DNA of 64,000 bases from Caecitellus pseudoparvulus (Eukaryota > Protista > Bigyra: Bicosoecida). The notes under the pieces are model-generated. The model did no database searches, was not told the origin of the DNA, and saw nothing but the letters and a program-made list of their open reading frames with translations. Numbering within the stretch: position 1 is the first letter of the stretch; each line of letters opens with the position of its first letter. Below are positions 10,992 through 21,774 of the stretch, piece after piece. Both the position numbers and the translations under genes were made by a program. The stretch spans positions 372,001 through 436,000 of the forward strand of contig CBFFRQ010000030.1 of NCBI GenBank assembly GCA_965644315.1. The letters run 5' to 3'.

Positions 10992-11393
10992 ATGCCCATC
11001 GTGTACGAGACGATAATTCTTAACGTGCGTGCCGCGCCTCGGCCCTCCCTGCCGCATGCCGGGGACGCGCGCGTCTCTGCCGCCTCAGCGCCGGTACATC
11101 GTCTATCCAGCTGACCAGCCGCGGCTGACTGACGAGGAGGTGGACGTGTCGGAGATGACGCCCGAGAACCTGCAGGAGGCAGAGGTGGAGGAAGATGTGC
11201 TCAAGAGCCTGGACTCTGTCGTGCGTTCCGCGTGCCGGCGGTGCATTGTGCGGCGCAGCAACGAGCCACGCCCCCACCCCTGCGCCACGTGCAGCTTGAG
11301 CGCGGGCAGCAGGTCCGCCTTGCTCGCATTCGGCGCTTGGCTGAGGCGCAGAGCGAAGGGGGTGCCGAGGCAGGCGCGGGGAGCGGGCGGTGA
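10992..11393 (+). CDS. Small acidic hypothetical protein, 87 aa, 3 exons (10992-11024, 11089-11220, 11295-11393)
   Basis: Two phase-0 GTGCGT...CAG introns give MPIVYETIILNRRYIVYPADQPRLTDEEVDVSEMTPENLQEAEVEEDVLKSLDSVLERGQQVRLARIRRLAEAQSEGGAEAGAGSGR*. Confidence 0.65.
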
Positions 11394-11411
11394 CGCCGCG
11401 TGCACGCCCGT

Positions 11412-12329
11412 CTACTGCGTTACACGGTACTCCACGATGAGGTCCTGCCCCCGCCGCCACTGGGTTTTGAGGACGAACTCCAGGGTGTGTTCCTTGCCCA
11501 TGACGGGGGCGCCGTTGACGAGGAGCTGGATGGAGGAGGGCGGGACGGGGCAGGGGGTGGTGGTGAGGGCACCCCCCTGCCCCTCCACAGTCCTCACCAG
11601 GCGCTTGGCGATGAAGGTGCGCAGATCCTGCAGCTGCAGGGCGGCCAGAGTGCGCAGGAAGGGCCGTGGCAGCAGGGGCTGTGCGTCGTCTGCCCGGACC
11701 AGGTTGAGCACAATGTACTTGCACTGCTCGGCGGCGTCCGAGTTGATGGTCACGCGGCGGCGTGAGCGCATGAGGCTGTCCAGAGTCACTTCCACGGCCC
11801 CGCTGACTGTGGGCGAGGCGCTGGCTGTGGAGTCCTGTGCAGCCGGCGTCAGGGGCGTCGCAGACGGCGCCAGCTGAGGCTTGAGCTTGTTGATGAAGCC
11901 ACGCAAGGTCTGGTCCGGTCTGCAGCGCGGCGGGAGGGGACGCAGTGCGCATGAGGTGCAGCTGTGCACATCTGGTGCATGGTTGTGCTTGTGTTTACGC
12001 ACTTGATTTGCCCATTGGCCACGGGGTCGCCTTGCAGACTCATGTGGCAGGTTGGGCATTCAGTCCCGACGTCGATCAAATGCCGCATCAGGCACACCTT
12101 GCAAACTGCAGGGTGGGGGGCAGGGGGCGTGGGGAACGGGCTCCCACCACGATGACTAGCTACCAAGGCTCCCCCTGCCTGCTGCTCAGGGGCCTGGCCA
12201 CTCACAGGTGTGCAGGCATTCGCAAAAAGTGTGTGGGTCGCGAAGGTACCCGCTGCACAGCGCACAGGACAGCAGGGGGTTCAGCTCCGACAGGTCGGCA
12301 ACGCTGATAGATGTGCTGGACGCCGCCAT
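11412..12329 (-). CDS. Polycomb-group RING finger (PCGF/BMI1/DRIP-like) protein with RING and C-terminal RAWUL domain, 3 exons
   Basis: LSELNPLLSCALCSGYLRDPHTFCECLHT|xCKVCL...CPTC...IK|PDQTLRGFINKL matches the PCGF RING signature. The C-terminus FLRT...LRTFIAKRL...IQLLVNG..MGKEHTLEFVLKTQW..DLIVEYR is RAWUL-like. Confidence 0.88.
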
Positions 12330-12864
12330 GACTTGTGAAGTGCCTGCAGCACGCTCGCTCTGCAGAGCCTCCCACACGCCTGCACAGCTGCGCCTGTGAG
12401 CACGACTGCAGTGCGGAATTGGAGCCCAGCAGCTGACTTGCAGAGGCCGTCCGAACGGGCTGCAAGCCCGCTCACTTGCCTGGGGCGTGCTGCACCTAGC
12501 TCAGCTGGCACCGCTCAGCGTGCACTTTGTTTACGCGGCTGAGTTTTCCGTCGCAGCAAGTTTTGGAGCGTCGGCGCAGTTGGCGCTGCGTTCGCGGCGT
12601 GGGATCCCGGAAGCTGCCCGGCCAATCCAAAGTACAAGTCAAAAACAAACCCCTCAATCACAACTCACTCACCACTCTGAGCCGAGGGCTGCTCTCTGCA
12701 TTTGCTGCCTCACTCGGCTGCAAGCAGGGCACCACCAGCCAAGTTCCGCACCACCACCGCCACGCGGAGGTGTGCCAGCTGAGCTTGTACCTGCGCCACC
12801 CAGGAGCGGGTTACCGATCAAGAGGCCCTCTTTTGGTTCTCCTTGTTCTCGTGCCCTCATCGCC

Positions 12865-15800
12865 ATGGCGAGTTCTCAGTTCAAGTTCACGCTGCCGGCC
12901 CAGGCAATGCGCTTTGCTGACGGTGCGTGCCGCCGCAAACAGCCACCCGAACAGGCAGCGCAACGCACGCCCCAGCCCGCCCGCACGCCCGCAGACAACA
13001 TCACTGTCGGCAAGCACAGCACTGCGAAGGATGCGCTGCAGTGGTTCATGGGGCAGCGCCGCCTGAACAAGCAGTTCACGCCTGACCACGAGGCCCTCGC
13101 GTGCAAGTTTGTGGATTTGGCCGTGGACCTTCGCGACGCCTACGCCTCGAAGGACGGCCTGATCAACTTCAGGTACCTCACCCAGCAGGTACGTGCAAAG
13201 GGCTTACGCACAGACGCAGGCCGAGCGCCTCCCGGCGGCACGTGGCGGCCTGGCTGCCTGTTCCGCCCGGCGTCGTTTCGAGCTCTGGCGCTGTCTGCAC
13301 CGCCACGCCCTCTCCCCTCTCACAGCACAACCCTGCATCCCTGGACCGCGTCGTGCGCCGACTGATCGACCGGGCCCTGTCCACGGCACGCAGCAAGCGT
13401 GACGAGGCAGTGGGCCGTGTGGACCTGTCCAAGGTGGACGACCTGGATGCCGAGCAGACGCCCGAAGAGCTGCTCATGAGCAGCATGACCAGCGAAGGGG
13501 CAGCGGAGCGTGCCGAGCGGGAGCTCGTCGTGCCCTGGGTGCGCCACGCGTGGGACGTCTGCCGCAACACCCTGGACACACTGCGCAACATCCCCAAGCT
13601 GGAGGGCGCGTACCAGTTCGCGGCGTTCCAGGCCTTTGAGTTCTGCCAGGAGTTCGGGCGCACGACCGAATTCCGCAAGCTGTGCGAGAGCATGCGCAAG
13701 CACCTGAACCACTGGCGCAACGATTTCCAGAAGTGGGACCAGTCGGAGCCTGACGCCCGCTTCACGCTGGACAATCTGGAGAAGCACATGACCACGCGTT
13801 TCCGGCAGCTGCAGCATTGCGCGGAGCTGTCCATGTGGAGCGAGGGCTTCCGCACCGTGGACGACATTTACTCCCTCGTGCGCCTGGCGCCGGAGGAGCC
13901 CGATGCCAAGCTCATGGCCCAGTACTACGCCCAGGTGGCCAAGATTTTCTGGAAGTCAGACGACCTGCTCTTCCACGCCTACGCCACCCTGCAGCAGTTC
14001 AAGGTGGTGGCGGCCCAGCATGGCGTCGTGACGGCGGCGTCTGGCACTGGCGCGGGCACGGCTGCCGGCTCCGACGCGGCGCCCCCCGCCGTGACCGCCC
14101 TGGCGAACAAGCTCATCTGCGCTGCGCTGTGCGTGCCGCTGTTCGCGGACTCCGAGAGTGAGGACGAGCGCTTCTTCCACATCGACTTCGACAAGGACAA
14201 GAAGGACCGCCTGGCCAAGCTGCTGAACTTCGCAGACACGCCGTCCCGCCCCGAGTTGCTGGCGACGTTGGGGCACATGGGCGTGGCGCACCTGGCCAGC
14301 CCCGCCATCGGCGCTCTCCTGGCCACGCTGGAGTCGACGTTCCACCCCCTGGGCATCGTCAAGGCAGCCGAGCCAGCCCTCGTGGAAGTGAAGGCGGACG
14401 CCGAGCTGAGCGAGTATGCCCCCGCCCTGGAACGCCTGACCCTGTACCGCCTGCTGGCGCAGCTGACGCAGGTGTACTCCCACATCACCATGGAGTTCTT
14501 CGAGGAGCTCGTGGCGCCCCTGACCCTGTCGGGCGAGGAGCTGGAGCTGGAGGTGGCACGGGGGTGCAAGGCGGGCCTGCTGCAGGTGCGCCTGGACCAC
14601 TGCGGCCGCAGCATCCGCCTGGGGCAGGAGAGCATGGAGAGCGACCGCATGCGCTCCCAGCTCACCGCCCTGGCCACCGCCCTGGCTGACGTGCTGCCCA
14701 CGCTGCCCACTGAGAGCGGGGGCGTGAGCGACCTGCTCAGCGCCAAGCGCGAGCAGGTGTTCAAGCACGCCGCCGAGTCCGAGGACGGCGTCGTGACGGA
14801 GAACTTGGACCGCCTGGCGGAGATCGAGGCCCGGCGCAGGGAGCAGGCCCGCAAGGCAGAGATCAAGAAGCGACAGGTACGTGCCATCCCACCCGCCCTG
14901 CTGTGGCCCTGCCGGCAAGCTGCAGCTGTGCCCCAGCCCCACCATGCTGAGTGCACTTCCTTTCGTCTTGCCACATGAACTGCCGCCGTTTGAGGGAGGG
15001 GGGCTGCGCAGTGCCCCCCTCTCATAGAGTTCGCAAACACCCCCCTCACGAAGGACGTCCCTTCTCCCCCCCTCACAGGCTGACGCTGAAGCTGCTGCGC
15101 TGGCGAAGCGCCAGGCAGAGCACGAGGCGGCCCGCGTGGCTGCCGACGAGCTCCGCCGCAAGAACGAGAAGATCAAGAAGCTGGAGGAGGAGATGCACAT
15201 CGACGCCGTGTCAGCTGCGCTCGTGGAGGCGGGGCAGGACCCCAAGTCCAAGACGCACCAGGAACTCCTGGAGCTGACCGTGGAGCAGGTGGAGGCGGAG
15301 GCCCAGCGCAAGCTGGTCAAGTCCATGCAGGCGGCAGAGAAGCGCCGGGAGAAGCGCCGCCTGGAGCAAGGCTTCCTCGTCCGTGCCATGCGTGAGCGGG
15401 AGCAGGACGAGCTGGATGCGTGGGTGGCCGCGCACATGTCTGTGGACAGCGCCTACGCCGAGAAGCAGCAGGAGCTCATGCGCCTGCGTGCGGAGAAGCT
15501 GCACGAGCAGACACAGGTCGTCAAGCGCCGCCTGGCGCGCATGATGCCGTTCCTGGGCGACTTCGAGGACTCCATCTTCCAGCAGCGCAAGGAAGCCCAC
15601 GCGGCAGCATTGGTACGTGCCTGCCCCCGCCCCGCCCTGCGCCACGCCACCCATCATTGAGATCCCGCCCCTCCTGACCATGAGGAGGCGGGACATTGCA
15701 GATGGAACAGCAACTCAAAACTGCCAAAACGCGTGCGGGGGGCCCACAGTGGGCGGTGGCAGCCCTTGCCAGCCGCCCCCCCAGCCGGTCCCGACATCAC

Positions 15801-16332
15801 CTGCACTTCGCTGCACCCTTCACAGGTGGAGCGCCGACGCAAGGCGCGCGCAGACGCCATCCCGGGCAAGGTGGAGCGTGCCAGGAAGCTGAAGCAGGAG
15901 AAGGACCAGGAGGAGGCGCGCCTGCGGCAGGCTGAGCTGGATCGCCGCGCAGCCGAGGAACACAAGCGCGCCGAGGAGGACTGGCGACGTGCAGGGCCCT
16001 CCGCTGCCGTGTCCGCTCGCCCCCCACCGCGAGCCGAGAAGGATCTGGACTTCAGCAGCCTGCGCCGGGGGCCCAGCAGCACACCTGCCCCCGCTCCTGC
16101 GCCAAGGGATGACCTCGATTTCTCGGCTGTGCGCGGCGGCAGCGCGCCCAGGCCCTCGGATGCTGGCCCGCCCCCCCCTGTCAGCCACAACATCCGCGGT
16201 GGCAGGAGCAGCGAGAGCAGCTTCTCGCGCTGGAGCGGGTCGTCACAGTCTGGGGAGCGCCGCACCAGCAGTGGCGCCTTCGGCAGCGGGCCCAAGCCCA
16301 GCTCAGGCGGAGCTGGCGGCAAGTGGCGATGA
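12865..16332 (+). CDS. EIF3A: Eukaryotic translation initiation factor 3 subunit A, 5 exons
   Basis: Conserved eIF3a segments: ELLMSSM...ERELVVPWVRHAWDVCRNTLDTLRNIPKLE..Y...AFEFC...RTTEFRKLCESMRKHL; TRFRQL...LSMWSEGFRTVDDI; YYAQVAKIFWKSDDLLFHAYA. These are followed by a PCI region and a long charged helix. Confidence 0.95.
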
Positions 16333-16583
16333 GGAGTCCACTCTGGTGAGTGCGTGTGTCCCCCTCCCCGTGCCGAACTCGCCGGCCCTCGCATAGTACA
16401 CTCTGTGGCCCGGTGCACCCCCCACCGGGTTTCAATTTTTCACGATGCAAGATTCCTGCTGTGCCTGCAACAACGGCGGTGCTGCGCGCCCCCGCTGCAC
16501 CCCTGTACTCCACTGGTGAGCGCACATCCCCCCCCCCCTTCCTCTCAGGCACCACCGTCTGCGCCATCTGCTGCTGCCCTGTC

Positions 16584-16591
16584 AATGCATT
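16584..16591. promoter_or_regulatory. Palindromic AATGCATT, candidate 3'-end signal between eIF3a and Nup54
   Basis: Lies 12 nt beyond the Nup54 stop, in the convergent intergenic gap. Confidence 0.4.
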
Positions 16592-16602
16592 GCGAAGCTG
16601 TG

Positions 16603-18215
16603 CTAGTCCAGGCCAGACACGACAGAGTCCACCGCCGAGTGATTGGCGCGCCGCCCGCGCTTGCGCCGCAGCTCCCGCTTCATGATCTCCAAGTCGATCT
16701 GGTCCGCCTTGATGAGGTCCGCCAGCCCCCGGATGGTCACCTGCTGCCGCTCCAGGTGGGCTGTGATCTCCGGCAGGTGTCGCGCGAGGCGTGCCTCGTC
16801 CGAGGCAGACATGGCCCCTGCCCGCCCTGCACCTGTGTGCCCGGCCAGCTCCTGCTGCAGCAGAATCAGCTGCTGTGCCCGCGCCACGAGCCCCTTGCCG
16901 GGCTGGGCCAGCTGTGTGAGCAGGCCCTCCAGCTGCTGTGTTAGGCGAGCCTGGCCCGGGGCGCAGGAGGGGACGGTGGTGGGGGCCAGGGCGCAGTCCA
17001 CGAGCTGCATCACGCCCAGCAGGCGGCGGGACAGCTTCGCGTGCCGCCGCTTGAGCTCCTCCACCTTGCCAGCGTGGGACTTGAGCTTGGCCACGGTCTG
17101 TGTCGCAGCGTCCAGCACAGCCTGCGGCGAGGGGGGCAAGGGAGGGAATTGATTGGGTGAAGGCAGTGTAAGGTGCAATTGCAGCGCCCCCACGCACCGC
17201 TGCAGCTTCCACGAAGCTCTTGTTGGCCTTGTCCATGATTTTGGTGCGCTGCAGCAGGCCATGAAACCCCAGCACCACCGTGGGTTCCAGGGCGTCCTCG
17301 CGGCCGTGATCCAGAGGAAGCATGTCATGCTCGTCAGGACGAAGTAAAGCATGCTTGACATACCTCCTGTTGGGTCGGGCTCGGTCAAAGACGACCGCCT
17401 GCGCAGGAAACGGGCATCGCTGGTGTGCCACCGGCGTTACGCGGGTTCTGCCTCACTGCACGTACTCGAAGCTGCCCCTCGCGCGGGTCGTTGCTGTACG
17501 CTGCGCGCAGCTTGGTGAACGTAGCAAATTCAGGCTCGTTTGTAACTGTGCCCTGCAACAGCCCCCCGCCGGCTTGCTGCTGCAGGAAGCAGTCTGCTGG
17601 CTGCAGCTGCCACCCGCCGTACACCGGCATCATCTCCTCTGCCACCAACTGCCCGCTGCCTGCTGCCTGCTGCCCGCCAAGCAGCCCGCCACCGCGCTGT
17701 CCTCCCCCCAGCAACCCCCCTGTCGCTTGGCCGCCCCCCAGCAAGCCAGTGCCTCCCCCGCCAAGCAGCCCTCCGCTGCTCTGGCCGCCCAGCAGCCCGC
17801 CACTGGTTTGCCCGCCGCCCAGCAACCCTGTCCCACCGCCCAGCAGCCCGCCAGATGTCTGACCACCACCCAACAGACCAGTACCGCCCCCTCCGCCCAG
17901 CAGCCCGCCGCTGGTCTGCCCGCCGCCCAGCAGCCCAGTGCCGCCCCCACCACCCAGCAACCCACCTGTAGTCTGACCGCCACCCAGCAACCCGCCAGTG
18001 GTCTGGCCGCCACCCAGCAGCCCACCTGTGGTCTGGCCGCCACCCAGCAGGCCAGTTCCACCACCTCCGCCACCCAGCAGCCCGCCAGTGGTTTGCGCGC
18101 CGCCCAACAATCCGCCGCTGGCCTGGCCTCCGCCCAGCAAACCAGTGCCGCCACCTCCACCCAGCAGCCCGCCGCTGGCCTGGCCTCCGCCCAGTAAGCC
18201 TGTGCCTCCAAGCAT
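16603..18215 (-). CDS. NUP54: Nucleoporin Nup54/Nup57-like, with an N-terminal GLLG-repeat domain, 3 exons
   Basis: Gly-rich repeat N-terminus, then KLRAAYS...QLR|AVVFD and PTVVLGFHGLLQR (cf. the Nup54 PVxxxGFxxLxxR motif), coiled coil KRRHAKLSRRLLGVM, and the typical C-terminus ITAHLERQQVTIRGLADLIKADQIDLEIM. Confidence 0.85.
17670..18210 (-). repeat. Imperfect coding tandem repeat (~24-33 nt units) encoding 19 GLLG motifs
   Basis: CCCAGCAG/CCCAGCAA-type units on the + strand. Translation is (T/SG/TTG)GLLGGG(Q). Confidence 0.9.
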
Positions 18216-18530
18216 GATGCAGGCTAGTGAAATCTCAATCCCTACCGTGCGCCTGTACGGCGCGGCGAGTGCGTGGGATTGTGAATTGTGCCGAGCCGCG
18301 GAAATTGACGCAGGCCGTCTCGAAGACATTCAGACGACTGCGGCCAGCTCCTGGGGCACTGCCACCCTCGGCAAGCCTGAGCACTGCGCTGTGTTTTTAC
18401 ACTTGTCCAGCTGGCTGCAGCTCTGTTTAAACTCTGAGCCTGCACGAGCACGCCAGCCGTGCAAAGTGGAGAACCCAAATGGGAGCTGGCTCTCACCCTC
18501 ACCGCCACGCCCATCGCACACCCAGCACCC

Positions 18531-19478
18531 TCACGACTGGGGAGCAGACTGGGGAGCAGCACCTCCCGCCCGCAGCGCAGCCATCGTGCGCACTGTCATC
18601 TCCAGCATGTCTCCTGCAGCGTCCACCTCCGCCTCCCACAAAACGCTCTCCCGAGCCCGCAGCGCAACCTCTGCCGCCGCGGCTTCCTGCAGTGCCATGC
18701 GCTCGGAGCTGGGCAGGGCATCGAAGGCTTGCTGCAGTGCTGCCTCCGCCTCGGCCTGCGTGGAAGGGCGGCCCAGGGACTGGGCCTGTGCCGCCACCAC
18801 CGCCTTGCCGGCTGGGGACACTGCGAAGGACCGCAGGGCAGACTGGCCATGCTCGGGGCGGGGGCCCACCATGAGGCCCACAGTGCTGGTGCAGTCGGCT
18901 GGGATGCCCTGTGAGTGGCCCGCACGCCGTGAATGTGTGCAGGGCCAGCGAGGCGCCGGCAGGGGCAGGGAGGGACGCACACGTTTGAGGGCCTCGACGC
19001 CCTGGTTCACGTCAGAGTGGTACAGGGCATAGATGACGTTGGGCAGTGTGAGCAGCTCGGCGGTTTTGTCAGGAATGCGCAGGTCTGTGTGGCGACAGTG
19101 CGTGCGCTGTCTGGCGCTGCTGGCTGCTGCAACCCTGCGCAGTCACCCCGCACCTTCCTCCACGTGAGCGGGGTATTCACTTCTCGCATCCCCAGTCACT
19201 AGCGTCTCCCAAACCGCCTGCGCAGCGCTGCAGGGGGTGGACGGATGGGGTGAGCAGCTGCGGAAATTGCTCCCACCCTCCCCCACGCACCGCGGTGCCA
19301 GGTCGATGCCTTGCATTTTCAGGAGCACAGACACTTCAAAGAAGTCTATGGTTGGCTCCTTCAAGGGTGTCAGCACCAGCTGGTTGTCCATGTACGCTTG
19401 CACCGCCTTGGCCACAGCCAGCACCTGGACAGGCGTCACTTGCTGCTGCGCAGCCGAGGCGTCTGTTGACGACGCCAT
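18531..19478 (-). CDS. Hypothetical protein with a degenerate HMG-box-like C-terminal region, ~4 exons
   Basis: MASSTDASAAQQ... spliced to LRIPDKTAELL...ALKR and PRPEHGQSALRSFA...QAEAEAALQQAFDALPSSERMALQEAAAAE, whose spacing resembles HMG-box helices (SAxxxF...W/FxxLxxxE[KR]). Confidence 0.55.
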
Positions 19479-19622
19479 GTGCAGCTGATGGAGGCGGTGG
19501 CATGGCAGGGGCCAGCTTGCCATGCAGTGGCCCACCAAGCCCCACCGCGCACATGTTGCGGGGGGTCGTGTTATGCTGCGTGGCGTGTTCATCCGCTCCG
19601 CTCACTGCGGGTCCAGCCCTCG

Positions 19623-20610
19623 TCACCTCCGACTAGGTTTCGACGCCTGCCCAGACGAGGCCTGTGCATGGTGAGTCACCCCAAACTTCCGGGAGCCTGC
19701 CAGAGCCTTGGCCGTCTGCGCTTGTGCGGGGCAGGGGGGCTTGTGTGCAGCCGTGCATGGTTCGCCTCAGCCAGCGCAACGCACAGGGACTCGCGATGAC
19801 ACGTCGTAGCCCCGCTCAGAAGACAGCTGGCTCCGAGTCAGCCGTGCCTGTGTGCTGCTCTGCTTCTGCAGCACTCGCTTGCGATGCGAGCTCGCGCCCA
19901 CGACGTGCTGTGCGGGGTGCAGGGCGGGTGGGGTGAAGCGCCTGGTGTTGCCGCGGCATGCTGCCTGCAACGCACGGAGCTCATGTGACTCGTGGCCGCC
20001 TCCAGCTGTGCGCTGGCCACCTTGATTTCTTCGTCATGCGCCGCTTTGGACGCACGCAGGGGCTTCAGCTTGGCCTCCAGTGTGGCCAGTTGCTTCGCGA
20101 TTTGAGCCAGCTCGGCCCTGCGGCAGGTGAAGCAGGCGGCTGCAGGGCGCCAAGAGGCGGCAGCGGGCAACGCACGCAACGCACTCATCTGCAGCGATCT
20201 GTTCTCGGCGCTGCTTGGCTTGCTTCCGAGACATGGCCACGTCCTTGTCCAGGTTCGTCAGCTGCAGCAGGGCGCCAAAGTGTGGGTCGCACGAGGCGTG
20301 CCGACCCGTGCAGGGAACGGCAAGTACCCACCTGCTGCGTCACAAACTCGGGGGCCTTGCCCACTTCCTTCAGCTTCAAAAGCATGTCCTTGATCTCGGC
20401 CTGTGTGCGAGGGCAGGGGCGCCCGGGGGAAGTGGAGCTTAGGCGCCCCGCGAAACGACGGCGAAACGCGCGCACATTCTTGTCTGCCACTGTGACGTTG
20501 AAGTCATCTTCAGAGAAGCCAGGCCCCGAACTGGAGTGCATAGGCGGAGGACCACACTTTGACGGCCTTGCAATGCGCGTCTTCTTCTTGCCGGTGCGAA
20601 CGGCAGCCAT
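19623..20610 (-). CDS. Hypothetical basic coiled-coil protein, ~6 exons
   Basis: MAAVRTGKKK...ADKN|AEIKDMLLKLKE..QQ|LTNLDKDVAMSRKQAK..ADE|RAELAQIAKQLATLEAKL..|HVVGASS..RVP|TAKALAGSRKFG..RR*, joined by GT-AG introns. Confidence 0.6.
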
Positions 20611-21051
20611 AGCACCCGCAACGGCTTTCTGCAAGCGCGACAAGCTCTTGTGCGAGAGCTGTGAGCACAGCTGGAAGCTATGAGAGGCCAGAATGAGGCT
20701 GTACAGGTAGCGTGCAGCTTTGCACGTTCCTGCGCGGTGGATTTGATTTCCTGGCGTGTTTGACTGCAGTGCACAGGAATGAAAGACAGCCAAGACTGTG
20801 CTGGTGCAATACCTCACGGCATTCTCGTCAGCTGAACAATTCACACAGCCTGCACTTCCACCCAGCAGAGCGTTAATGACGAGCGTGGCCTCGGCTGCCA
20901 ATGGTTCTCCGGGCTCAGTGCTGTGCCTGCTTTATCCCCCAGTTGTATTGCGTTTCGCAAGCGTTTCAAACAAGCACGCACGTTGCACAGCCGACGTCCA
21001 GGGCACGCGTGTGGGAAGAAAAGGTGCTGCAGCAGTCCAAACTCCCTTGCA

Positions 21052-21684
21052 ATGGGTGTGGGTGCCATGCGCCCTGGGCATGTACAGATCAGTTCCCTTC
21101 CACTGGCGCTGGAAGTTCATGCGCCTGCGACAGTGGGCTTTCTTTTCCTCTGCGTTGCGGTGCTGGTGGGGCACCAGCTGGGGGTTGCCGACGCTCACCT
21201 GAAGCTCGGCCTCCTTCCCATGCACATGATGCGACTGCCTGACCTTCCTCGCTTCGTGGCGTATCCGCTGGCCCATACGTCCTGGAGTCACTTGGCGTCC
21301 AACTTCGCAACGCTGCTGCTGCTGGCGCCAGGGCTCGAGGCACGGTACGGCAGCCTGCCCCTCGTCGGCATCTTCTGCGGCACTGCAGCTGCAAGTGGAA
21401 TGGTATACAGCATGTTCGCGTCGAATTCCATGCTTGTGGGGTCTAGCGGCATCGTCTTTGCGTGCATTCTGCTGTCGGGCGGTTCCCGCCTGCAGCGTGT
21501 GCGCGGCGTGTGGCGTGTCCCTGTGTCCTACGCCGCCCTCGTCGGTCTTTGGACTGCGCAGGAGCTGGCAGTCATGCTGTCTTCAGGAAGCTCCCGTGTC
21601 TCCCACTTCTGCCACTTCTTGGGCGGTCTGTGTGGGCTTGGGTTTGCAGTGGCCTGGAGTCCGTCCCCGCCCTTGTGTCGTTGA
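21052..21684 (+). CDS. Rhomboid-family intramembrane serine protease
   Basis: RFVAYPLAHTSWSHLASN, catalytic GSSG, and HFCHFLGGLCG with the catalytic His. About six hydrophobic segments. The start could be 21052 or 21067. Confidence 0.88.
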   Translation: MGVGAMRPGHVQISSLPLALEVHAPATVGFLFLCVAVLVGHQLGVADAHLKLGLLPMHMMRLPDLPRFVAYPLAHTSWSHLASNFATLLLLAPGLEARYGSLPLVGIFCGTAAASGMVYSMFASNSMLVGSSGIVFACILLSGGSRLQRVRGVWRVPVSYAALVGLWTAQELAVMLSSGSSRVSHFCHFLGGLCGLGFAVAWSPSPPLCR

Positions 21685-21774
21685 CGACCAAGACGTATTA
21701 CGTGAATTGCTTCAAGCTCCAAGCGAGAGGCGCACTGGCGGCAAGCCAGCGGCCCCTGCCCCCCTGGGTCAAGG

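Noticed and set aside
5216-16332. eIF4A and eIF3a close together as a translation-factor cluster
   Set aside because: Five unrelated genes intervene, which is compatible with chance in a gene-dense genome.
17670-18210. Short repeats with variable spacers that could look like a CRISPR array or satellite
   Set aside because: The units keep the reading frame, vary at synonymous positions and encode the Nup54 GLLG domain. There are no cas genes and the context is eukaryotic.
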